DNA of 64,000 bases from a virus: the IMG/VR virus record IMGVR_UViG_3300033183_000354, positions 88,720-152,719 of that record; one strand, given 5' to 3'. Both the position numbers and the translations under genes were made by a program. Position 1 is the stretch's first letter. Every line of letters starts with the position of its first letter. Positions 8,716 through 16,561 of this stretch are shown here, piece after piece. The notes under the pieces were generated by a model that was not told the origin of the DNA, did no database searches, and was given only the letters and a program-made list of their open reading frames with translations.

Positions 8716-8890
8716 GGTATTAATGTGTGATCCACCGAGTGGGTGGAAGTATGGATTTCCAAAGCCAATGCCTAGAGATGTCAAAGATGTCAAAGCGTGG
8801 TTGGTAGAGAATGGTTATCCACAAAGAGAAATTGATCAGTGTGGTGATCATTTCTGGGTAAGACATTGGGAGACGGAACTTGACAATTGA
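8702..8890 (+). CDS. hypothetical protein
   Basis: DPPSGWKYGFPK motif; 62 aa. Confidence 0.7.
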   Translation: MTMTKVLMCDPPSGWKYGFPKPMPRDVKDVKAWLVENGYPQREIDQCGDHFWVRHWETELDN

Positions 8891-9122
8891 AGAAAACTTT
8901 TTAACTAAATCTAAATTTACTAAGCTTATTGAAGCAACAGTAGTTGAGACACGACTATCGTATATGGATACGATCTTACATCTTTGTGAAGAAAACAACA
9001 TTGATCCAGAAGATGTAAAGAAATTCATCTCGCCTATCATCAAAGATAAGCTAGAGGCAGAGGCAATGGCCTTAAACTTTTTGCCAAAACAAAATACATT
9101 AGACTCGTCTTTATTTGAATAG
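8880..9122 (+). CDS. gp33: late-promoter transcription co-activator gp33
   Basis: F...IE..V.E...SYMD.I...CEEN.ID.E...K.IS..IK.KLEAEA..LNFL signature; immediately upstream of gp32. Confidence 0.9.
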   Translation: MTIEENFLTKSKFTKLIEATVVETRLSYMDTILHLCEENNIDPEDVKKFISPIIKDKLEAEAMALNFLPKQNTLDSSLFE

Positions 9123-9137
9123 TACGTATATATACTA

Positions 9138-9166
9138 TGTACAATACAGTCGATACGATGTATAAT
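9138..9166 (+). promoter_or_regulatory. gp32 promoter
   Basis: TGTACA-N17-TATAAT. Confidence 0.7.
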
Positions 9167-9204
9167 ACTACAGTTAATATTACAGCACATACAAGGATAC
9201 AAAC

Positions 9205-10119
9205 ATGTCATTCGAAAATCTAAAACGCAATCGCGACCAAATCTCCAAACTTGTTCAAGCAGCCGAAGCCACCAACGGAGGTGGTGAAAAGAAGTCGTAT
9301 GTCGATGAACGAATTTGGAAACCTACAGTAGACAAAGCGGGTAACGGCTATGCAGTCATTCGATTCCTCCCAGCAGCAGAAGGCCAAGAACTCCCATGGG
9401 TTCGATACTGGGATCATGGATTCAAAGGACCAACCGGTCAGTGGTATATCGAAAACAGCCTTACTTCTATTGGTCAACCTGATCCAGTTGGTGAACTCAA
9501 CTCAAAGTTGTGGAATTCTGGGTTCGAGGAAGACAAAGAAAAAGCCCGAGCACAAAAGCGTCGACTCCACTATGTAACTAATATCCTCGTTCTTCAGGAT
9601 CCAAGTGCTCCTCAAAACGAAGGTAAAGTATTCCTCTATAAGTTTGGTAAAAAGATCTTTGATAAGATCATGGACTCTATGCAACCAGACTTTGCAGATG
9701 AAACACCAGTCAATCCATTTGACTTTTGGTCAGGTGCAGACTTTAAGTTGAAGATCCGTCAAGTAGAAGGATATCGTAATTATGATAAGTCGGAGTTTGC
9801 AGGAACATCTTCTCTCTATGATGGAGATGAATCCAAGTTGGAAACAGTCTATAACCAACTACATGATCTCAGTGAGTTCACCGATCCAAAGAACTACAAA
9901 ACGTATGACGAGCTCAAAGCAAAGTTGATGCGTGTTCTCGGTGAAGAGGCCACAGCAGGTTCATATACGATTAAGCAAGAAGCGATGATCAATGAACCGG
10001 CACCAATGCTTGAACCTCGTTCAGCTGAACCAGTAACGGCAGATCAATTGTCTGCTAGCTCACTCGAAGATGACGATGATACCATGTCATATTTCGCTCG
10101 GTTAGCTAGTGACGAATAA
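9205..10119 (+). CDS. gp32: single-stranded DNA-binding protein gp32
   Basis: DERIWKP..DKAGNGYAVIRFLP, WYIENSLT, GKVFLYKFGKKIFDKI, acidic tail DDDDTMSYFARLA. Confidence 0.97.
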   Translation: MSFENLKRNRDQISKLVQAAEATNGGGEKKSYVDERIWKPTVDKAGNGYAVIRFLPAAEGQELPWVRYWDHGFKGPTGQWYIENSLTSIGQPDPVGELNSKLWNSGFEEDKEKARAQKRRLHYVTNILVLQDPSAPQNEGKVFLYKFGKKIFDKIMDSMQPDFADETPVNPFDFWSGADFKLKIRQVEGYRNYDKSEFAGTSSLYDGDESKLETVYNQLHDLSEFTDPKNYKTYDELKAKLMRVLGEEATAGSYTIKQEAMINEPAPMLEPRSAEPVTADQLSASSLEDDDDTMSYFARLASDE

Positions 10120-10129
10120 TATATATAAT

Positions 10130-10470
10130 TCTGCATCCACATTTTATTTCGTGGCTCTGCTGAATAAAGGGGTTGGCCGCCAGAAATAAGCTCGTACAGA
10201 TCAACGGTTAGTCTGTCAAATAAGCATGTGGATGATCTAATAGGTAAGATGCTGGGATAACTCGGCAATGGGAGTTCGAATCTCTCTCCACATACTCCAT
10301 AAAGCGTCCTCGAACCGGGCGCTAGGATATGTCTGATTATGCTATGTAGGGTCGATATATCTGACAGGGAAGTAACCCGTTTTAGATCGATAGCTATCTC
10401 TATATTGGGTGGCGGTATAGAGCGATATATCAAATGCCTTCTGCAGAGCGGTAGGTATAGGCCACCCCAA
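10130..10470 (+). ncRNA. candidate large structured ncRNA surrounding a tRNA-like domain
   Basis: GC-richer non-coding stretch with many hairpins; GGGGTTGGCC (10169) or GGGTGGC (10407) can pair with GGCCACCCC (10460). Confidence 0.5.
10224..10299 (+). ncRNA. tRNA-like element with a 9-bp acceptor stem and a 4-nt anticodon loop
   Basis: GCATGTGGA/TCCACATAC; D arm ATCT-AATAGGTA-AGAT; CTGGG-ATAA-CTCGG; T arm GGGAG-TTCGAAT-CTCTC; 3' TCCA. Confidence 0.7.
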
Positions 10471-10535
10471 ATTTTGTTTATTTTAAGTCATAGATTGTTA
10501 CTCATAGTACTAATTGAATGACTATAATAAACCTT

Positions 10536-10609
10536 GCGGGTATAGTATAATGGTATTACAATCGCCTTCCAAGCCAAAGACCTCGGTTCGATTCCGGGTA
10601 CCCGCTCCA
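10536..10609 (+). tRNA. tRNA-Gly(UCC) with a mismatched anticodon stem
   Basis: GCGGGTA/TACCCGC acceptor; CTTCCAA loop; GGTTCGATTCC; TCCA end. Confidence 0.9.
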
Positions 10610-10616
10610 GTTTAGG

Positions 10617-10676
10617 TCAGCCAACCGATTAGGCCTAGTCGCTGAGTAAGCCTCGGACAAAAGTTGGTGCAACTGA
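10617..10676 (+). ncRNA. candidate small three-way-junction RNA
   Basis: TCAG/CTGA and CCAAC/GTTGG enclose hairpins CGATTA-GGCC-TAGTCG and CTGAG-TAAGC-CTCGG. Confidence 0.4.
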
Positions 10677-10685
10677 AAGGAGAGA

Positions 10686-10730
10686 GACTACTTCGGTAGT
10701 CGGGGATTAGGAGACTTCGGTCTCCTAATT
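10686..10730. terminator. tandem cUUCGg hairpins, probable terminator between convergent transcription units
   Basis: GACTAC-TTCG-GTAGTC and ATTAGGAGAC-TTCG-GTCTCCTAAT, followed by TCTTT. Confidence 0.75.
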
Positions 10731-10732
10731 CT

Positions 10733-12568
10733 TTATGGGCCTTGATCCCAAATCATCTCGCTAGGATTAAATGAACTCACATCACCGCGTGGAAGAAAGG
10801 TGTTATTTTCATTTTGAATAGAAACGTTATCACCTACTTGACCTACAGCTACAGTTCCTCTTGATACAGGTACATTATTATTTGTTGAAGCAGTAATTTG
10901 AGCTGCGCCAGACGCGACACCACTATCAACTTGAGGCTTGCTTATGGCTTGTCGCGGCTTGGGTGCCGGTGTATAACTCTCATCAAATGTATTAGTGTCA
11001 GGCAATGTTGATGCAACGCGGGCCGCTTCTCTTAATTTTAGTTCTTCATCTGTCTTTCCAATGAGCCATGCTGCAACTTTTCTTCCGGCATAATCACCAC
11101 CAAAATAACCAGCTAGTGTTCCAATGACACCACCAATGAGTGTTCCCGGTCCAGGGAATGCACTACCAATAGCACCTCCAAGTAATCCGAATCCAATCGT
11201 TCCAAGTGTTCCTCCAATAAGAGGACCTAATTGTTCAATCTTTTCATCCATGCTTAGACTATCATCCATCATAATTGATGCTGCCAGCGCGCTATCGAGT
11301 GCAGCAAAGAGTAACGCTGAACCCGGAATCCCACGTAAGCCTTTAATCCGTGGAAACTTTTGCCACCATTTGGCTCCAGTACCAACTGGCTTCATCTTCT
11401 TTAAGTCTGCTTCACTTAATACTTGACTAGTCGCTTTACCATCTGCACCGGCGATCGCATAGTTGCCTTTAGCAGTCTTTACAACGTTCTTACCGTCTAA
11501 TGTACCATAGACTCGAGGAGCTGATGGCATCCTAGTATTTGCTGCCCTTTGAGCATCAATTTCTGCTGCAGTAGGACCTCTACGTACCATATTAGATACG
11601 CCCTTTGCAGCTAAAGCTGCGCCACCAGCGACAGCAGCCCCTCCAACAATATCTTCGGTTGTAATTTCTCCTGATCCATCATCACCTACTATACCATCAA
11701 AAAATTTATCATATACGTATGTTCCAGCTGCAACTGCAGCTGCTATTGCAAGAAGCCTTCCTCCTTTGCGCGTGCCAGCAAATAGTGCAATATTTTTTAA
11801 ACCTCTCATAAATGGACCAGGGGCAATGAGCAATGCCATACCAGCAAGAAGACCTGCAGTTTCTTTAAAGTTTGATGTTAATGTATCCCAGTCTCCTGTG
11901 ATAAGAGCATTTATACCATCTAACCCTTTACCTACACCTTCTTGGAGTGCTACCATTACCTTTGTTAAATCTGGCAACTTAATTCCAAGATCATCTAATT
12001 TCTTTTTTAAGTTTTCTCCAAGTTCACCAAGCTTGTTCATATTCTCGTCAGTGGCAAGAGCACCGACTGCAACACCAATGAGACCGAATCTCTTGCCTAG
12101 AAGCGAACCAAATGAACCACCAAGTGTCGCTCTTTCGGCCGCATCGCCGAGTTCTTTTTTTCCAGTTTGACTTGTTACCCAATCTCCAATCTCATCTGCA
12201 AAGACTACACCAAGAGCAGCAGGAATACCTTTCTTTGCAAACGTACCAAATAGTGATTTACCAAAGGCAAGGAGTCCACCGCCGGTTAATAATCCAGTCG
12301 GTAACGTCGTAAATTTATCAAACTTATCTCCAAGAGATGAAGCTCCACGACCAATAGCTCCACCCGCTGCGCCTACACTTACACCAATCTTTTGCATCAG
12401 AGATTGTTTCATCTCTCTTTGTTCTTCAAGCTCATCGCCTTTCTTTGTTTCCATATAAGAAACAAAGCGATCAATAGCACCACTCGTTTTAGCAGTGTTA
12501 TCGCTCACTTGCGTAAGGATTTTACCTTGAGATAAAAGAGTATCGTTGAGTGCAGCTAAACTAGACAT
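10733..12568 (-). CDS. tape-measure / baseplate hub protein (gp29-like)
   Basis: 611 aa, Ala/Gly-rich amphipathic and TM-like segments; follows gp26/gp51; length similar to T4 gp29. Confidence 0.7.
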   Translation of the reverse strand: MSSLAALNDTLLSQGKILTQVSDNTAKTSGAIDRFVSYMETKKGDELEEQREMKQSLMQKIGVSVGAAGGAIGRGASSLGDKFDKFTTLPTGLLTGGGLLAFGKSLFGTFAKKGIPAALGVVFADEIGDWVTSQTGKKELGDAAERATLGGSFGSLLGKRFGLIGVAVGALATDENMNKLGELGENLKKKLDDLGIKLPDLTKVMVALQEGVGKGLDGINALITGDWDTLTSNFKETAGLLAGMALLIAPGPFMRGLKNIALFAGTRKGGRLLAIAAAVAAGTYVYDKFFDGIVGDDGSGEITTEDIVGGAAVAGGAALAAKGVSNMVRRGPTAAEIDAQRAANTRMPSAPRVYGTLDGKNVVKTAKGNYAIAGADGKATSQVLSEADLKKMKPVGTGAKWWQKFPRIKGLRGIPGSALLFAALDSALAASIMMDDSLSMDEKIEQLGPLIGGTLGTIGFGLLGGAIGSAFPGPGTLIGGVIGTLAGYFGGDYAGRKVAAWLIGKTDEELKLREAARVASTLPDTNTFDESYTPAPKPRQAISKPQVDSGVASGAAQITASTNNNVPVSRGTVAVGQVGDNVSIQNENNTFLPRGDVSSFNPSEMIWDQGP

Positions 12569-12744
12569 TATTGATTTGCTCTTTCGTTCTGTTCTTTTAT
12601 AAATTCATTTAATAATGCAATATAAATTTCTCTCTCCCACGGTATCATATTATCCAGCTCAGTTAGAGAATAACTAAAATGTTGCATCATTGTAAAATTA
12701 GTTCTATAAAAGTTCTCTAACGTTTCATGAGAGAGATTAATTAA
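12568..12744 (-). CDS. gp51: baseplate hub assembly protein gp51-like (missing from the ORF track); probably the -1 frameshift extension of gp26, or a 40-aa ORF from ATG 12690
   Basis: LINLSHETLENFYRTNFTMMQHFSYSLTELDNMIPWEREIYIALLNEFIKEQNERANQ*; the YSL.EL.NM.PWER.IY motif is typical of gp51; TAATG overlap with the tape-measure gene. Confidence 0.8.
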   Translation of the reverse strand, partial: LINLSHETLENFYRTNFTMMQHFSYSLTELDNMIPWEREIYIALLNEFIKEQNERANQ

Positions 12745-13457
12745 AAAAAATCCTGTAAGCCCTTTAATTCTATTTTATTGTGTTGATTGCAGCTTTTACA
12801 ATCATACTCAATCGTGTGTGTCAATATAGGCATACTATCAACAAAGGTCGTGATCCTATTCAACTGTTCATTTGTAAGTGAACTCATGAACCTTTCAACC
12901 TCTTCACGAGGCTCATCTTTAATCATGATGTTTTCTTCTTCTGTCTGCACAGAATGAATACATGCTACGACCGTCTCGAATAAAACATCGACTACACGAG
13001 AATCATCACTAAAGATCTTTTCATTGTTGATCATATCTTCATATGTAGGATACTTCATCTTAACACTAACCGTATCATTAAGAGGAATAGTCGAAGACGC
13101 GATATCATCAACATTTATTTCAATTTGAGAAAGATCAATTGATACACTATTTTCATGTTCACAATTGCTGCAGCGTGATGATATGTTAGACGTTTCACCG
13201 ACAGATTTAGATCTCACTTTTGTAAACATATAGTCAACATCAAAAGTTGAGAGGTCTTTGACATTAATATCAGAAACACAAGACTGTAAACAACTTAACA
13301 TTGAATTTAAAATTTGTTTTGAATCTTGAGATTCCAATGCAATCAAAAGATTCTTTTGTTCCTTCACTAGAAATGGCCTAAACTTAACTGTCTTCTTTGT
13401 TGAAGGAATAACCATTTCATAGATTGGATTATCATTATTTAACTTTGGTAAAGCCAT
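12741..13457 (-). CDS. gp26: baseplate hub subunit / assembly chaperone gp26
   Basis: MALPKL...P.Y...IPST...VKFRPFLVKEQK.LL.A.ES; RSKSVGE; two CxxC pairs; ends GLQDFF. Confidence 0.9.
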   Translation of the reverse strand: MALPKLNNDNPIYEMVIPSTKKTVKFRPFLVKEQKNLLIALESQDSKQILNSMLSCLQSCVSDINVKDLSTFDVDYMFTKVRSKSVGETSNISSRCSNCEHENSVSIDLSQIEINVDDIASSTIPLNDTVSVKMKYPTYEDMINNEKIFSDDSRVVDVLFETVVACIHSVQTEEENIMIKDEPREEVERFMSSLTNEQLNRITTFVDSMPILTHTIEYDCKSCNQHNKIELKGLQDFF

Positions 13458-13702
13458 TATGCAGATCTCCTACGCCATACGTCATTGGCATTCACACGAA
13501 TAAATCTTTTATTCGTTTCATTCTTATTTGGATTTTCGATAGTCAGCATTACATTCTTGCCTTTTAGCCAAGCTGCATATTTAGCTGTCATCTGTTCTGT
13601 GCTACCAACCCATTCTCTACGAGATGCTTTAACCAATTGACGATCAATTGGACTACGTTCACCCTTCGAGGTATATTTCGTTCTTTGTCTTTTCTTTCCC
13701 AT
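13457..13702 (-). CDS. conserved basic hypothetical protein
   Basis: YTSKGER...AW.KGKNV.LTI.NPN..ETNKRFIRV pattern. Confidence 0.75.
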   Translation of the reverse strand: MGKKRQRTKYTSKGERSPIDRQLVKASRREWVGSTEQMTAKYAAWLKGKNVMLTIENPNKNETNKRFIRVNANDVWRRRSA

Positions 13703-13707
13703 TCACT

Positions 13708-14310
13708 TCACCCTAAATTTAATGATGCTGTTATAAAGTCTTGCGGGTTTTCATCAACCAGCCAGTTTGTATATGAAATTTCTACAGTTAACTGTACTAG
13801 ACCATCAAGTTCATTTGTTAATTCAACTGCATTAATAGTCGTTGGAAATGCATCGATTAGTTTTACAGAATAAACTGTACCCTGACCAATGCCAATATTT
13901 GCTCTTAATGGGCCAATAGATTTGCTAAAGCCAGTAAGAGGTTTTCTTAATTGATGAATTGTAACATCTTCTACATATTCATTCTTATATGATAAATCAT
14001 AAATGCCTTCATTAATGATACTTGATCTCCAAGTATCAAAATATTTTTTTACGCCATAATCATTCATTAGATAAAATGTCATTACCACATCAGTAACAGC
14101 ATAACCATATGCCACCTTTTGGAATTCCATTCCAATCCTACGATCAGTAGTTAAGATTTGTTTACCTGGTAAAGCAACACTAGAACATAGAACATTCATT
14201 TCTCTCCCATCAACTCCAAAACGAGAAGGAAGGTTTACCAAGAAATTATTTGGACGAGCAAAGCCTAATTTTGCTGACGCAATGGATTTAATATCGTCTA
14301 TCGTTGCCAT
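13708..14310 (-). CDS. tail tube family protein (gp54 tube initiator / gp19-like)
   Basis: G.ARPN.F.V, LC..V.LPG, AFPT.I..VEL pattern of the gp19/gp54 fold. Confidence 0.8.
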   Translation of the reverse strand: MATIDDIKSIASAKLGFARPNNFLVNLPSRFGVDGREMNVLCSSVALPGKQILTTDRRIGMEFQKVAYGYAVTDVVMTFYLMNDYGVKKYFDTWRSSIINEGIYDLSYKNEYVEDVTIHQLRKPLTGFSKSIGPLRANIGIGQGTVYSVKLIDAFPTTINAVELTNELDGLVQLTVEISYTNWLVDENPQDFITASLNLG

Positions 14311-14894
14311 TAGATCATAGCCCTCGAATCTTTATAAACCTTTGCGCCACTTGCCTTACGCCAATCTGCAGTCGGTAAGAACGTCGCTATCTCCCATTCG
14401 GGAGCAGATACTAAAGCAAAACGACTACGGACATGACTTGTTAAGTATCTCTTATAACAAGGTTTAAAATGCCTAAACTTCTGTGAACCTTTCAATAGCT
14501 TATAAGATAAATCAAACTTTGTCTTCTCATCATAGTTTTTATTCGTCGTAATGTCAAGTAGCGCATCGAGGAACTTAGCCCTTAATATTGGCGGCAAATA
14601 ATGGATATTAAGACCATAAAACCCACCTTCTGCTCGCTCTACCGGAATCACGAGAGGAAACGCATCATAATAAGGTAACGTGTCCTTTGTCTTCGGGTCA
14701 TAGAAGAACATGTACATATTACCAGGAGAAAACTGATTTCTCAGTTTGATCTCATCTTCTTGCATCAATTGATTACGATTGATTCTCTGCATCTGCTGAG
14801 CCTTTTTACGAAACCAATCGCGCGACTCTTTCGTACGCGGATTAATACCTGCACGAAAGGCTTCAAGTTCTAGCTTTTGAAATAGATTCGACAT
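14310..14894 (-). CDS. gp2: DNA end protector protein gp2
   Basis: MFFYDPKTKDTLPYYDAFPLV, GLNIHYLP, PC.KRYL..HVRS. Confidence 0.95.
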   Translation of the reverse strand: MSNLFQKLELEAFRAGINPRTKESRDWFRKKAQQMQRINRNQLMQEDEIKLRNQFSPGNMYMFFYDPKTKDTLPYYDAFPLVIPVERAEGGFYGLNIHYLPPILRAKFLDALLDITTNKNYDEKTKFDLSYKLLKGSQKFRHFKPCYKRYLTSHVRSRFALVSAPEWEIATFLPTADWRKASGAKVYKDSRAMI

Positions 14895-14899
14895 AATTC

Positions 14900-14907
14900 T
14901 ATTTATA
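14900..14907 (-). promoter_or_regulatory. late promoter TATAAATA
   Basis: Exact consensus 5 nt upstream of the gp2 ATG. Confidence 0.75.
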
Positions 14908-14908
14908 A

Positions 14909-15415
14909 TTATTTCTTACGTTTTTTACGAGAGTAAGGTGCAAGCTTTTTTAATGGTTTCTTAATTTTTCCAGGCATAGCTTTAGGTAATAGCTTCATCT
15001 TTCGAAGCGTATCTTCTGTCCATATCTGAAATTCCCAACCTCTATCCTTTGCATATTCATTTGCAGCTTCCCATTTATTCATATTCTTAATATAAGTTAA
15101 GCTCTCATTAATATATCTCTTCGTACGTTTTTCTCCGATAGGAGGTGCAGTCTCTTTTGCAGGTTTAATCTCAACAAGGACAGTTTTATGATTTGTAAAA
15201 GTAATTTTTATATCTACAAAATATCGATGATATTTCTTATCAACCTCATAATAGTATGGTATGACTGTCTCTTCTGAGCTCCATTCTTTTATGTCAGGAT
15301 TATTATCACACCATTCAAATACTTTCTTTTCCCATGAAGAACGATAGATGACGTTTGTAAAGTCACCTTTGTACTTCTTTGTATTGATTACTTTGTATCG
15401 TCCGGAATATACCAT
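14909..15415 (-). CDS. gp4: head completion nuclease gp4
   Basis: YSGRY...N..KYKGD...VIYRSSWE...WCD, HRYFVD, EIKP, NMNKWEAA. Confidence 0.95.
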   Translation of the reverse strand: MVYSGRYKVINTKKYKGDFTNVIYRSSWEKKVFEWCDNNPDIKEWSSEETVIPYYYEVDKKYHRYFVDIKITFTNHKTVLVEIKPAKETAPPIGEKRTKRYINESLTYIKNMNKWEAANEYAKDRGWEFQIWTEDTLRKMKLLPKAMPGKIKKPLKKLAPYSRKKRKK

Positions 15416-15422
15416 TTTTGAA

Positions 15423-15430
15423 TATAAATA
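15423..15430 (+). promoter_or_regulatory. late promoter TATAAATA
   Basis: Exact consensus upstream of the baseplate operon. Confidence 0.75.
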
Positions 15431-15466
15431 AGAAAGAATTATTTAATCTATATATAGGATCTTTTC

Positions 15467-16561
15467 ATGGCTTACGAAAGAGAACGAGTATTGATATCAC
15501 AAGGCGGAGAGAATCAAAGCCGATTGGTTGCGACTGAATATGCGTCAACGAGTACTCAGCCAACTGCGGCCGATAATGGTGAAATACCAGATATTCCGGC
15601 CAATTTACAGTTTCCTCTTATCGATGATCCTGCCTATGCCGGAAAGATTTCATTTGAAGTCTATAAAGTAAAACCTATCGATATTAATGGTCGACCTCTT
15701 TATGAGTCAAAGATCTTCGATAATGTAAGAAAATATATTCCAGGTAGTGGAACTAAAAATTCTGCAACAGCCGATGACGGATTTGCATTTGCTCAAGAAA
15801 AAGAAATTGCAGATAAGACAAAAGAAAATGCTAATATTGTAGCAGATGCTATTATTAATGGGATGGAAACAGAAGATCTTAATAAAAAAGTGACATTATT
15901 TTTTCCTCTTTCAATCAATGTCGATGATGGAGTAGAATACACTAATGGTAATTTAGGAGTACTTGGTGCTGGTGTTCTACAAGGATTAAAAGAAGGAAAC
16001 CCTATCGGGAAGGCAATTGGTGGTTCAATAACTGAAAGTTTAGGCAATTTATTTGATTTTGCTCTTGGATCAGCTAATCAAGAAGCTGCACAATTTGCGG
16101 CATCGAGACTTGCTAAGTTTGGTGCACAGAGTATTAACACTGCTGCAGCAATCGCAACTCAAGTAACTGTTAATCCAAATAGTCGTACTGTATTTGATAA
16201 TGTACGAATTAGAGATTTTGCTTTTACTTTTAAATTAATTCCTAAATCTGCTGCAGAAGCAAGAGAAATCGCCAATATCGTAAAATTCTTTAGACATGAA
16301 TTATATCCTGAAGTAAAAGATGTAGGCGGTTTACCGATTGCATATGAGTTTCCAAATGTATTTAAGATTCGCTTCTTACATCGTGGTCTTGATGCTCGTA
16401 TCCCTAAACTTGAATTCTGTTATTTAGTAGGCGTATCTTCATCGTATAACCCAACGAGTGCTACATTCTTCAAAGATGGTCATCCAAATGAGATTGATAT
16501 GACTTTAAGGTTTAGAGAAATGAGAGCTCTTCATAAGAAAGACGTAAGGGAAGGTAAATAA
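15467..16561 (+). CDS. gp48: baseplate tail-tube cap gp48-like
   Basis: VNPN...VF..V.IRDF.FTFKLIPKS..EA.EI..IVKFFR...YP; P.EIDMTL.FRE. Confidence 0.8.
   Translation: MAYERERVLISQGGENQSRLVATEYASTSTQPTAADNGEIPDIPANLQFPLIDDPAYAGKISFEVYKVKPIDINGRPLYESKIFDNVRKYIPGSGTKNSATADDGFAFAQEKEIADKTKENANIVADAIINGMETEDLNKKVTLFFPLSINVDDGVEYTNGNLGVLGAGVLQGLKEGNPIGKAIGGSITESLGNLFDFALGSANQEAAQFAASRLAKFGAQSINTAAAIATQVTVNPNSRTVFDNVRIRDFAFTFKLIPKSAAEAREIANIVKFFRHELYPEVKDVGGLPIAYEFPNVFKIRFLHRGLDARIPKLEFCYLVGVSSSYNPTSATFFKDGHPNEIDMTLRFREMRALHKKDVREGK

Noticed and set aside
10169-10468. tmRNA (GGGG start plus tRNA-like domain)
   Set aside because: No T-arm/CCA at the 3' pairing partner, no G3-U70 Ala identity pair and no convincing tag reading frame
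10044-10521. ORFs 10044..10433(-) and 10339..10521(+)
   Set aside because: No RBS or recognisable protein features; the region is better explained by structured RNA
14909-15415. TnsA-like transposase or homing endonuclease
   Set aside because: Motifs and position next to gp2 match the core head-completion protein gp4
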